NCBI GenBank assembly: GCA_025839675.1
Contig: CP104013.1
Location: 4,740,001 to 4,772,000 of the forward strand
Length of the DNA: 32,000 nt
Direction: 5' to 3'
Origin: Candidatus Lokiarchaeum ossiferum
Lineage (GTDB): Archaea; Asgardarchaeota; Lokiarchaeia; Sigyniarchaeales; Promethearchaeaceae
The position numbers and the translations under genes are program-made. Positions 1-9,610 of this stretch are shown here, one piece after another (position 1 is the stretch's first letter; each line of letters opens with the position of its first letter). A model generated the notes under the pieces. It ran no database searches. It saw only the letters and a list, made by a program, of their open reading frames with translations, and was not told the DNA's origin.

Positions 1-1
1 A

Positions 2-1591
2 GATGCAATAGAATCAGTTCCGATCTCATTTCGAGAAGCATCATTAGGAGTTGGAGCGAATAAATGGCATACTATTTCAAATGTAGTATTACCAAGTGCT
101 TCTTCTGGAATAACAACTGCAATCATTTTAGGAATTGGAAGAGCTATTGGGGAAACTATGGCCATTTTGTTAATAACAGGTGCAAATCCGATTGTCCCGG
201 ACCCTCTTAATAATATTTGGAGTCCAATTAGCACAATAACTGCAACCATCGCCAAAGAATTCCCAGAAACTGTTTTTAGAGGGACCCACTACAAATCTTT
301 AATATCCTTGGCAATTATACTATTCATCATAGTTATAGTTATCAACACAACTGCAGAATTTATCCTATCAAGGATTCAACTCAAATTTAATCCAAAAACA
401 CAAGTAAATTATGAACAAAAACTTAACGATATACAAAAAAATTGCAAAGTAGGGAAACAAACAGCTAAAAATAGGTGGGAAACGCAATTTGTTACATTAC
501 AATGCAAATTTCAACTTTGGAAAGAACGAAATTCATTTCGATTTTCAAAAATAAAGCATTTTTGGAATAAATACAATAAATATCTTGGAATTTTAATCTT
601 GACTCTTTTTGTATATGCAATGGCGATTAATTTCACCACTTGGTGGGGCGCTCTAATATTTATAATACTTATGGGTTTTTGTATCTATATATTTTCTGAT
701 CGATTGAATATCAAATCAAAACAATCAGTTGCTTTTACACTTATTCGATTAACGGTTATTTTGGTTATCGCAGTATTATCATTTGTTGTGGGATATATTG
801 TTTACCACGGTCTTCCATACATGACTCGAAGTTTTCTTCTAGAATTTCCAAGTGATATTGGGCGTGATGGAGGGATTTTACCGGCAATTATTGGAACTTT
901 ACTTCTGACTGTTGGATCAGTAATTGTTGCGGTTCCATTAGGAGTATTAGCAGGAATTTATCTTTCAGAATATGCGAAGGACACACCTTTAACTCGTTTT
1001 ATTCGCACAGGAATTGATATTTTAAATGGTACGCCAAGTATAGTATTTGGATTATTCGGATGGGTTTTCTTTATTTACTTTATCGGAGTGAATTTCTATG
1101 AGCCGATGCGAAGACCTACATTACTAGCAGGAATCTTGACATTATCACTTATGATATTACCAACGATAATACGAACTACGGAAGAATCTGTGAAGTCAAT
1201 TCCACAAAATATTAGAGAAGGAAGTTATGCATTAGGTGCCACTAAATGGAAAACCATCAATAAAACCGTTATGAAACCTGCATCTCCAGGCATCATCACA
1301 GGAATTATCTTAAGTATGGGGAGATCTGCGGGTGAAACTGCTCCAATAATGTTCACTGCTGCTACATTAATTGTCTATGCCATGCCAGATACTTTCTTAG
1401 GGGTTTTGCTTAGCCCCACTATGTCGTTATCATACCATCTCTATGCATTAAGATCATTTATACCGGGACAAAGCCAAAGAGCAGATGCAACAACTTTTGT
1501 TCTTCTTATATTAGTGCTATTCCTTTATCTGATCGCTATGTTCATTCGTTCCAAAATTAAAAAACAAAATAAAACAAATTTCCACTATTAA
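2..1591 (+). CDS. pstA: Phosphate ABC transporter permease: the C-terminal part of a PstC-like half and a complete PstA-like half in one continuous frame (5' end outside the window)
   Basis: Frame 2 is open from nt 2, with no stop before the track's first Met at 158. nt 2-330 encode REASLGVGANKWHTISNVVLPSASSGITTAIILGIGRAIGETMAILLITG (a PstC-type EAA loop) plus a final TM. After a roughly 65-aa basic linker, a second multi-TM permease carries REGSYALGATKWKTINKTVMKPASPGIITGIILSMGRSAGETAPIMFTA (PstA-type). pstB and phoU follow. Confidence 0.85.
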   Translation, partial: DAIESVPISFREASLGVGANKWHTISNVVLPSASSGITTAIILGIGRAIGETMAILLITGANPIVPDPLNNIWSPISTITATIAKEFPETVFRGTHYKSLISLAIILFIIVIVINTTAEFILSRIQLKFNPKTQVNYEQKLNDIQKNCKVGKQTAKNRWETQFVTLQCKFQLWKERNSFRFSKIKHFWNKYNKYLGILILTLFVYAMAINFTTWWGALIFIILMGFCIYIFSDRLNIKSKQSVAFTLIRLTVILVIAVLSFVVGYIVYHGLPYMTRSFLLEFPSDIGRDGGILPAIIGTLLLTVGSVIVAVPLGVLAGIYLSEYAKDTPLTRFIRTGIDILNGTPSIVFGLFGWVFFIYFIGVNFYEPMRRPTLLAGILTLSLMILPTIIRTTEESVKSIPQNIREGSYALGATKWKTINKTVMKPASPGIITGIILSMGRSAGETAPIMFTAATLIVYAMPDTFLGVLLSPTMSLSYHLYALRSFIPGQSQRADATTFVLLILVLFLYLIAMFIRSKIKKQNKTNFHY

Positions 1592-1635
1592 TTTTTTAAA
1601 TTTAAAAAAAAATATCATATAAACAAGTGATCTCT

Positions 1636-2493
1636 ATGAGTAAAGTCGATATTGAAACGCAAAATAATGATAAAAATCATTCTGATAATATTAAAGTAAG
1701 CGTTGAGACCAAGTTCTCGATTAAAGCTACTTCTGATAATGATTTAATATTCCGAACGGAGAATTTAGATCTATTTTATGGGGATAAACAAGCCCTCTCA
1801 GAAATTTCGTTTGAAATTCAAGAGAAAAAAGTTACAGCTCTAATCGGGCCATCTGGATGCGGAAAATCTACCCTTATTCGTTGTTTTAATCGAATGAATG
1901 ATGTTATTGACAGTTGTAAGATCAAAGGAAAAATTTTCTATCATGAAGAAGATATCTTTAGACCAAAACTGTCAGTTACGGATTTGCGCACTAATGTTGG
2001 AATGATCTTCCAGAAACCGAATCCATTTCCTATGAGTATCTATGATAATATTGCATATGGTCCACGGATTCATGGAATCAATAAACGAAAAGTATTAAAT
2101 CAAATCATCGAAGTCAGCTTGAAAAAGGCCGCATTATGGGATGAAGTCAAAGATCGCCTCAAAGATTCTGCCTTAGGCTTATCAGGAGGACAACAACAAC
2201 GTCTTTGTATTGCACGGGCTTTAGCGGTTGAACCCGAAGTCATTTTAATGGATGAGCCTACGTCAGCCTTAGACCCGATTGCCACTTCAAAAATAGAAGA
2301 TTTAATAAATGATTTAAAGAAAAATTATACCGTAATTATAGTTACTCATAATATGCAACAAGCAGCACGCATTAGTGATTATACTGGTTTTATGTACTTA
2401 GGCAAAATGATTGAATTTGGGCAAACTCGTCAAATTTTTGAAATTCCAAAGAAGGAACTTACAGAACGATATATTACAGGGAGATTTGGTTAA
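1636..2493 (+). CDS. pstB: Phosphate ABC transporter ATP-binding protein PstB
   Basis: Walker [13 protein letters not shown] signature [15 protein letters not shown], Walker [14 protein letters not shown]-loop TH. The PstB-typical [18 protein letters not shown] is present. ATG at 1636; the track's GTG at 1627 is an alternative start. Confidence 0.95.
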   Translation: MSKVDIETQNNDKNHSDNIKVSVETKFSIKATSDNDLIFRTENLDLFYGDKQALSEISFEIQEKKVTALIGPSGCGKSTLIRCFNRMNDVIDSCKIKGKIFYHEEDIFRPKLSVTDLRTNVGMIFQKPNPFPMSIYDNIAYGPRIHGINKRKVLNQIIEVSLKKAALWDEVKDRLKDSALGLSGGQQQRLCIARALAVEPEVILMDEPTSALDPIATSKIEDLINDLKKNYTVIIVTHNMQQAARISDYTGFMYLGKMIEFGQTRQIFEIPKKELTERYITGRFG

Positions 2494-2494
2494 A

Positions 2495-3142
2495 ATGCAA
2501 AGATTTCATAATGAACTAACTTTATTAAAACAAAAATTGCTTAAAATGGGTGAACTCGCGCTTTTTATGTTAAATGGCTCGATTGAAGCATTAAAACGTA
2601 TTGATATTTCCTTAGCAAATAAGATTCATGAAGAACGACTCGAATTGAATCAGTATGATATCGAAATAGAAAATGAAGCTTTACGATTGATTGCGCTTTA
2701 TCAACCAATGGCAAATGATATCCGGACTTTAGCGTGTATTTTGAAAACAAATACGTATCTTAATCGCATAGGTAGGTACGGGAAGGATATTGCAAAAATT
2801 ACTTGGGAATTTGAAAATCATCCCCATTTTAAAAAACTCGTCTCCATTCCCCAGATGGGCCGGCTTGTAGAAGAAATGGTAAAGGATGCATTGAAAGCCT
2901 TTGAAGAAGGTGATCTTAAATATCTTGAAAATTTTACTGAGAGGGATGATGAATTGGATGAGCTCCGCTATTCAATCTTTCGTGAATGTGTGTCATATAT
3001 GATGGAGAACCCTCGCATTATTACTCAAGGGTCTCACTACATTATGGTGGCTCGCTATTTGGAACGTTGTGGGGATCATGCGTGCAAAATTGCTGAAAAA
3101 ATTCATTATATGGTTGATGGTTCTTCAATTGAAATTAAATAA
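2495..3142 (+). CDS. phoU: Phosphate uptake regulator PhoU
   Basis: Two PhoU-type helical repeats (EERLELNQYDIEIENEALRLIALYQPMANDIR and RDDELDELRYSIFRE...VARYLERCGDHACKIAE). ATG at 2495 lies 1 nt after the pstB stop (TAA 2491-2493). The track's upstream extension from 2411 overlaps pstB and is unlikely. Confidence 0.9.
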   Translation: MQRFHNELTLLKQKLLKMGELALFMLNGSIEALKRIDISLANKIHEERLELNQYDIEIENEALRLIALYQPMANDIRTLACILKTNTYLNRIGRYGKDIAKITWEFENHPHFKKLVSIPQMGRLVEEMVKDALKAFEEGDLKYLENFTERDDELDELRYSIFRECVSYMMENPRIITQGSHYIMVARYLERCGDHACKIAEKIHYMVDGSSIEIK

Positions 3143-3168
3143 TTAGAGAAGTAAAATAGGTAATCATT

Positions 3169-3861
3169 ATGTATAACGATGCAAAAGGAAATCTTGATCA
3201 AACTTTCGAATTTGATAGAATCGATAAAAGTCAAAATATGCTTCAATCTCCAATTTATAATTTTTTTGCACTAATTCTATTCGGAATATTCGATTTTATT
3301 TTGATAAATGAATTTTTAAACCAAATAAAGGATCACGACATTCGGATCCAATTTGAAATTCTGCCTTTCATCCTTCTTGTAACAATTTTTATGTTCTTAT
3401 CGATAAAAATTGTCCTTGAAGCATTCATTTCAAGGAAGAGCCCGAATCGTGTTATTTTCACCTCAAAGTCTGTGATGGTTTATCGAGATGAAAAATTGCT
3501 AAGAGAATTCAATTCATACAGTGTTAACAAAATTACCTTATTCAAAGCAAAAATTTCTCGTAAATCACAAAAACAAACTGAATTTGCTTCAAATAGCCAA
3601 ACACCTTATATTTTTGATCTTGGATTTACAAAAAATAAAAAGAGAACCATAAAAATGTCGCGCTTTTTTCTGGTGAATAAATCAAATAGTAAGGATACTC
3701 TGGAATCTTTTACGAAATTTACATTCCAACCGAATCTACCTTATCAAATTTCAATAAAGGAACGAGTAAACAGAAGAGAAAAATATTTCGTGATAATTCT
3801 TCTGTTCTTCTGTTTAATAAGCGCATCAATTATTTCCATTATAAACTTGATTTTCACATGA
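3169..3861 (+). CDS. Hypothetical membrane protein (N-terminal TM hairpin, soluble beta-rich middle region, C-terminal TM)
   Basis: 230-aa ORF starting at ATG. Hydrophobic segments FFALILFGIFDFILI, ILPFILLVTIFMFLSIKIVL and a C-terminal FVIILLFFCLISASIISIINLIF. Followed by a hairpin plus T11. No family recognised. Confidence 0.6.
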   Translation: MYNDAKGNLDQTFEFDRIDKSQNMLQSPIYNFFALILFGIFDFILINEFLNQIKDHDIRIQFEILPFILLVTIFMFLSIKIVLEAFISRKSPNRVIFTSKSVMVYRDEKLLREFNSYSVNKITLFKAKISRKSQKQTEFASNSQTPYIFDLGFTKNKKRTIKMSRFFLVNKSNSKDTLESFTKFTFQPNLPYQISIKERVNRREKYFVIILLFFCLISASIISIINLIFT

Positions 3862-3882
3862 TTTGAAATAGGCGCTTGGGCT

Positions 3883-3921
3883 GGTGAACAAGATAAAATC
3901 ACCTACCAAATTTTTTTTTTT
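3883..3921 (+). terminator. Hairpin (GGTGA-N11-TCACC) followed by T11; candidate transcription stop for the 3169-3861 gene
   Basis: GGTGA at 3883-3887 pairs with TCACC at 3899-3903. An uninterrupted T run spans 3911-3921. Oligo-T tracts are the known archaeal termination signal. Confidence 0.5.
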
Positions 3922-4025
3922 CAAAACCGAGTACTTATTAACATTCTTTCCAAGAAGACCAAGAGGCGAAAGAGTTGAAATAAAGATAATCTCTCCCCAT
4001 TGTAGATGCGATACAAAAATTAGTT

Positions 4026-4898
4026 TTAGTCTTCTAATTCATCAAAATCCATATCTGGATATAATTTTGCCACGCATTCTGGGCATAGACTATGTGTTAG
4101 AAGTGCATCTGAATGATCACTTATATAATTCTCGATATTATCCCAAGAATTTGATTCATTACGTATCTTTTTACAACTACTGCAAATAGGGAGTAAACCG
4201 GATAAATTTTTTATCTCGTCCTGGGATTCATTAAGATCTTTTTCTAGTTTTTGAGAATTACAATCGATTAATAGCAAGCTTTGAATAATATTGGATGAAA
4301 TAATGTTGATGAAAGCTAACCCTTGGATAATCCCAGCTTCTAAGAAATCTTCTATTTGACTTTCCAATAATATTGTGAGAATTAAACGGGTTAGATGCCA
4401 TCCAATAAAAATGACAAATGAAGTGAATAAGAAGATCTGTTTTTTTAGAAGAATTTTATAAATTCCTGTCCAAATGATATAACATATTCGACAGGAGATA
4501 AGGAATATTAGACTTGAAATTATTATGATTCGCGCATTTACATTTGGAATTACGTATGTATAAAAAATAAAAAATATAGTTAATAAAAGTGGAGGTATCA
4601 CATCAAACCAAAGTTGTTGATCGCCCTCTGCAAATTTTCGTAATCCTCTTGCTATAAATACTAAATAGAGCAAAATAAAATTATTTGCAATGATTATCGA
4701 TATAAAATCCGGCAAAATAGGACGCAATGCTAGTAAAATCATTCCCAAACTATTAAAAAAATTTGCTAAGGTCCACTCTTTAAAACCAGGATAAATCTTC
4801 TGTTTTTTTGCCACAAAAAGCATTACAATAAATGTACTGATTGAAACAATACTTGTTATAAACGATAAGGTTTGGATATCTAAGTAATCTTCTAGCAT
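4026..4898 (-). CDS. 7TM membrane receptor-like protein with a C-terminal Cys-rich (CxxC...H..CPxC) module
   Basis: About seven hydrophobic helices over residues 10-215, then a short polar helix (QKLEKDLNESQDEIKNL), then LPICSSCKKIRNESNSWDNIENYISDHSDALLTHSLCPECVAKLY. The overlapping + strand ORF 3884-4189 is judged spurious. Confidence 0.75.
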   Translation of the reverse strand: MLEDYLDIQTLSFITSIVSISTFIVMLFVAKKQKIYPGFKEWTLANFFNSLGMILLALRPILPDFISIIIANNFILLYLVFIARGLRKFAEGDQQLWFDVIPPLLLTIFFIFYTYVIPNVNARIIIISSLIFLISCRICYIIWTGIYKILLKKQIFLFTSFVIFIGWHLTRLILTILLESQIEDFLEAGIIQGLAFINIISSNIIQSLLLIDCNSQKLEKDLNESQDEIKNLSGLLPICSSCKKIRNESNSWDNIENYISDHSDALLTHSLCPECVAKLYPDMDFDELED

Positions 4899-5394
4899 TT
4901 GAATGACTTCAATAAAGTTAATTTAAGTATTTTTTATCATGTCATTTAAATCTGTTCTTGCTATAAACATGTTGGAATAAGTATACTTTATCGGGATTTG
5001 ATTTAGAATAAGTATGCATATTTTAAACATTATTTCTGACACAATTTAATTTCCAGATTCACTTTTCATTGTACATATATCATGTCGATATGTCTCTGTG
5101 GTCTGAAATCGGTCATTCTCTCCGAATTGTACAAGATCATGAATGGAGTTCGATCTGCTTCACAGCCATTTATCCATCTTTAGAATGTAGAAATGTGTAT
5201 CTCTGGTCGAGATGTGAGTTTTTTTGATTTCATATATTATACTAAATTGTGATCTATATCTTTGAATCAAAGAAATTCATTCCATATGGAAGCAATAGCA
5301 TAGCTAAATAACCATATAAATTTGATAAATGCATAGATTACCAACATAATAATTTGGATGTGGAATATATTGATTAAATTCTTAATAAGAAGTA

Positions 5395-5904
5395 ATGAAC
5401 ATCGAATATGAAATCAATCAGTCACAACCTGTTGAAAATGTGTTAATTTTAAAAAAATATAAGGGAAGTACTATTTCCCAACTGATTGTTGCAAGTATTT
5501 TTTCTGCTGGTTTATACTTTCTTATCGGCTTTTACATCTTTATTTTAAGTATAATCTTGTTGTTGCTCGCTATTGTTATTGAGAACTTTCCCTCAAAATA
5601 TGATCAGATTGAATTTACAAGTTATGGTATTGAGTTATTAAAGCAAAAATCAGGAGATCTTGTTGAAATTATTTCATTGAATCAACTGAAATCATTCAAA
5701 ATTGAGTATAAACAATATAATCATAAAGGTTATACTCATTTTGGGATAGAATTATCATTAATATTGTGTGATGATAGATATCTAAATTTAGACCTATCAA
5801 ACTATGTTTTAAATGAATGGGAAGTTGTTGAACGTTTATCAGAACAGTTACGCGATTATTTTCTTCAATATACTGGGATGATTGATTCCCAAGTTATTCA
5901 TTAA
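5395..5904 (+). CDS. Hypothetical small membrane protein (TM hairpin plus soluble domain)
   Basis: 169-aa ORF starting at ATG. TM hairpin LIVASIFSAGLYFLIGFYIFILSIILLLLAIVI, followed by a beta-rich region beginning YDQIEFTSYGIELL. No family recognised with certainty. Confidence 0.55.
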   Translation: MNIEYEINQSQPVENVLILKKYKGSTISQLIVASIFSAGLYFLIGFYIFILSIILLLLAIVIENFPSKYDQIEFTSYGIELLKQKSGDLVEIISLNQLKSFKIEYKQYNHKGYTHFGIELSLILCDDRYLNLDLSNYVLNEWEVVERLSEQLRDYFLQYTGMIDSQVIH

Positions 5905-6183
5905 TAACATTATTTATAGTCATGAATTTTTTTTTTAAACCAAACCATAATAAAACCTTTTTTTTCCTGATATGACTTAGTCATCTCAGTTTTTTCATTT
6001 TTTCAAACATTCAAAATTTAAACATTTCTTAATTAACTATTCAATATCTCTCTTCATCTGACGATTATGACCCAGATCGTTAGAAATAGTCCACTTAGTT
6101 TTCAATAAAAAGTCCTAAATGTCAAACCAAGGTCAAAAATTAGATCAAAAAAAAACATTACATATCATTGTGAACTTTATTGA

Positions 6184-7869
6184 CTATTGAATTTTTAAGA
6201 CTGCTTTCACAGCTCTTCGCCATTGTTTTAATTTCTTTTCTCGTTTTTCTAACCCCATTTTAGGAGAAAAAGCATTATAATTTTTTTGTAAAGATCGGAG
6301 TTCCTCTTGATCTCGCCAAAATCCAACGGATAAACCTGCAAAATAAGCTGCTCCAGTTGCAGTCATATCCGATTCGGGGGCCCGTTCTACAGTAATATTG
6401 GCAAAATCTGCTAAACATTGGAGTTCAATGTCCGATTGTGAAACTCCACCATCAACCTTAATATCCTTAATATCAATTTTAGTATCGTGTGACATGCCCT
6501 CCAATATGTCATAAAGTCGCAAGGCAAGTCCTTCTAAGACGGCTCGACAGACATGACGACGATGTGTGGCTAAGGAGAGTCCAAATATTGCTGCCCGGGT
6601 GTTGGGATTGAAATGAGGAAAATTCATTCCAGAAGGCGTTGGTATAACAATCACTCCTTCAGTGTCTTCAGTTTGGGCTGCAAATTCATTTAATACTTTG
6701 GGGGTATCTGCAAGACCGATTCCTTCCCCGATCCAATCAATTAGGGTTCCAGCTGTTGTAACTTGACCTTCCAACATATACGTCACATCCCCGTTTAATT
6801 TCCATGCAATGAGCGGGAATAGCCCTCTTTTGGATAACTTGGGTTTGAGACCTACCGTCATATCCACAAAAGCTCCTGATCCTTGGGATATTTTAACTTC
6901 TCCTGGCTCAAAACAGCAGTGACCAAAGAGAGAACTCATTTGATCGCCAATACTCGCTCCAATAGGGATTGCGACATTACTAAATATTTCTGGATCTGTA
7001 GTCCCAAAATCACCGTCATTATCCAAAACCTTGGGGAAGAAGGTATCATTATGGGGAATATCAAATAATTTTGTATAGATCTTGTTCCATACCAGATCGA
7101 AGGGATTGTAGAGGGCTGTCCCACTTGCATTAGTAACATCCGTAATATGCTGTTTACCTCCGGTTAATTTGTACATAAACCAACTATCCAAGGTGCAAAA
7201 ATGAATCTCTTCATTCTTTGCCATATCATAGAGTTGTTGGCCGCTCAGCTTACTGTCCCGATATATCACTTCTTCTTGTTCATATAGCCATCGGACCCGA
7301 CAAAGGGCAAATTCTGGGGTAAGTTTTAACATTCCAGTAGTAGTTAGCATCGTGTTGCCGGAAATTTTGCCGAAGAGTTTGGCTATAGCCACTAATCCGC
7401 GATAGAGAAATTTTTTCCGCATTTTCATAGTTGTTTTTTCAGCACGAACATCGGCCCAACTAATGAGGTTGGTTAGTGGTTTACCTGTTTTCTTTTCAAC
7501 TAAACAAAAGGATGCTCGTTGATTGCATATGCCAATGGCAGCAATTTCTTCTGGTGAATAGTCTGGTTTGGCAAAAATTTTATTGACAACACTTTTTAAT
7601 GCTTCCCACAAGACTTCTGGATCATGTTCCAAAGCTCCATCTTCGGGGAACATTGGAAGGGTTTTTTCATATTCTCTGTCAACAATTTCGCCTTTTTTGT
7701 TAAAAAGAATGGCGCGGATGCCTGTTCCACCTGAATCGATGGAAAGGATATATTTTTTTTGTAGCGGTTGGGTATCTGACACGATTATCACTAAGGGTAT
7801 GTTTGAAATGGGATTTCGTTTAGTGTTTCCTTCTTGAATTTTATTGTAGAAAAATCTTCTTTCTATCAT
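6184..7869 (-). CDS. glpK: FGGY-family carbohydrate kinase, glycerol kinase-like
   Basis: N-terminal [23 protein letters not shown]...LEHDPEVLW and C-terminal [21 protein letters not shown]...[49 protein letters not shown] parallel the GlpK signature regions. At 561 aa it is longer than typical GlpK, with an N-terminal extension of about 40 aa and internal extra length. Confidence 0.7.
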   Translation of the reverse strand: MIERRFFYNKIQEGNTKRNPISNIPLVIIVSDTQPLQKKYILSIDSGGTGIRAILFNKKGEIVDREYEKTLPMFPEDGALEHDPEVLWEALKSVVNKIFAKPDYSPEEIAAIGICNQRASFCLVEKKTGKPLTNLISWADVRAEKTTMKMRKKFLYRGLVAIAKLFGKISGNTMLTTTGMLKLTPEFALCRVRWLYEQEEVIYRDSKLSGQQLYDMAKNEEIHFCTLDSWFMYKLTGGKQHITDVTNASGTALYNPFDLVWNKIYTKLFDIPHNDTFFPKVLDNDGDFGTTDPEIFSNVAIPIGASIGDQMSSLFGHCCFEPGEVKISQGSGAFVDMTVGLKPKLSKRGLFPLIAWKLNGDVTYMLEGQVTTAGTLIDWIGEGIGLADTPKVLNEFAAQTEDTEGVIVIPTPSGMNFPHFNPNTRAAIFGLSLATHRRHVCRAVLEGLALRLYDILEGMSHDTKIDIKDIKVDGGVSQSDIELQCLADFANITVERAPESDMTATGAAYFAGLSVGFWRDQEELRSLQKNYNAFSPKMGLEKREKKLKQWRRAVKAVLKIQ

Positions 7870-8203
7870 ATTCTAAAAAAAAAGATGAAAGATGTTTTTT
7901 TAAAAAATATATGTTTATAGAATGTAAAACCATTTAATGTCAACATATGAATTTAATACTCAATTTAAATTTATTAAATACATTAAAATATATATTTAAA
8001 ATGGTTAAATTTGTTTAAACATTGATCAAAGTTGACTGATGTATTTATTTTATAAAAACATATATTTTAAGCAAAAAAATATATGTTTAATGAAGGAGTT
8101 AGTTTTGATAAAAAATTGAGGATTTCTATATGAAAATGCAAATTAGAAAACTAAAAATAAGAAAATGTGTAAAAAAAAAATGCTTGGGATGGCAAAGAAT
8201 ATC

Positions 8204-9556
8204 TTAAGCAATTGGGTATTTGATAAAGAAAACCACTATTAGAATCATCCGAATTATGAAAAATGTTGCTGAAATTCCAATAATGCCTTTATACATCAAT
8301 TGCTGATTTTTTGTTTCTTTCTTCTTTTTGTAATAGCGCGTTTCCAATTCATTCCAAAGCATGCCTCCACTAAAAGTGATTGCTAAATTCAAAATAAAGA
8401 ACCAACCATAATTCTCTGGAGCGGCATCGAATACATCCAGAGTGTAAGGATTGCCATCGTACATCACTAAGAAGAACTGGTATACTATGGAGAAGTAAAA
8501 TATTTGTGTTAGTAAAATATGGTAAGTAGAGCGACTAATTCTTCTCACCCAATCGTAGTATTTTCCTTCGGGATTTTCTGGAATAAATTTCATCCCGACT
8601 AAAAATAGAAAGCCTGAATAGGGGAAAAAAAAGAGATGATAATCCCCTGTAATCCAAGAGAAGAAAAGTAAATTGTAACGCAACCAATTTCCCAAAAAGA
8701 CGTATTGAAACATATATAAAAGACTTAGAGGTAATAATGACCACATCCAAATATTGCGTTTGGCATATAAATCATGATCTGTAGAAAACCAAAGCCCCAA
8801 CCCTATGGCGCTGAACATGTTAAATATATGGCATCCGAAGAAACTGGATGTGATCCTTGCTGGATCCGTATAATCAAACACATTATAGAAATAGTAGGTC
8901 ATAACTCTCCATCCGAACTCAATGACGAAGGTCGATACAAGAGTTAATGCTGGTTTCTGCAGATAACACCAATATAGAGCGGGGAAGATAAGAATTGTGG
9001 AGAAAAGTGCCGGTAAAAACCAACTTCCTGGTCCGTAGAAGGGAGTATAACCAATATAGACGTTGTAGGGTGATTCGTAATAGGCGACGTTTAAGGTAGT
9101 CATACCCGTATAGCGTTCCAAGAGATATAGGATAGTATGGGCCGCGTAAAGGATTAAAAATGGGGCAATATATCGTTTCAACTTTGATTCGAAGTATTTG
9201 AGGGAGTAGAGTTGTTTGATGGTAGTGTATCCTTTCTTTTTAAAGGAGATGCCCATATTATACCCCATAATTATTACAAGCATGGGGATACTGATCCTTT
9301 CCCAGAATGTGGAAAGGTATTTGGATAGATAATGGTGCGTAAAGGTATGGTCCATGATGACCAGAAATATCATCACCGCTTTGAAAGCATCTACCTGAAA
9401 ATAATGCTTAGATGAAGTTGGTTTTGCGATTAAAGCCGTATCATCTGAGGGAGTTATACTTTGAGATTCCATGATTTTGTTCACAATTTCAATATTAGGT
9501 AGATAACAAAGGGCGAGGGATATATTATTTACGAAATTGAGATCAATGCAATTCAT
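8204..9556 (-). CDS. Polytopic membrane protein, acyltransferase-3/HGSNAT-like (paralogue A)
   Basis: 450 aa with at least 10 hydrophobic helices. The N-terminal YFQVDAFKAVMIFLVIMDHTFTH resembles the D..K/R......V..H first-helix motif of membrane-bound O-acyltransferases (assigned from memory, not searched). By eye it is about 60% identical to the product of 10657-11931. Confidence 0.55.
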   Translation of the reverse strand: MNCIDLNFVNNISLALCYLPNIEIVNKIMESQSITPSDDTALIAKPTSSKHYFQVDAFKAVMIFLVIMDHTFTHHYLSKYLSTFWERISIPMLVIIMGYNMGISFKKKGYTTIKQLYSLKYFESKLKRYIAPFLILYAAHTILYLLERYTGMTTLNVAYYESPYNVYIGYTPFYGPGSWFLPALFSTILIFPALYWCYLQKPALTLVSTFVIEFGWRVMTYYFYNVFDYTDPARITSSFFGCHIFNMFSAIGLGLWFSTDHDLYAKRNIWMWSLLPLSLLYMFQYVFLGNWLRYNLLFFSWITGDYHLFFFPYSGFLFLVGMKFIPENPEGKYYDWVRRISRSTYHILLTQIFYFSIVYQFFLVMYDGNPYTLDVFDAAPENYGWFFILNLAITFSGGMLWNELETRYYKKKKETKNQQLMYKGIIGISATFFIIRMILIVVFFIKYPIA

Positions 9557-9610
9557 GAAAAATAGAACTAGGATGGGAAATTATCATAATTAAATACTCG
9601 TAAAAAAAAA

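Noticed and set aside
3884-4189. 101-aa + strand ORF
   Set aside because: It starts at GTG inside a terminator-like region and overlaps the well-supported C-terminal Cys-motif coding region of the minus-strand 7TM gene. Its translated sequence is low quality.
5140-5170. tRNA-like T-arm (GGAGTTCGATCTGC)
   Set aside because: The flanking bases do not form a T stem (GGAG cannot pair with CTGC). No acceptor, D or anticodon arms could be built on either strand.
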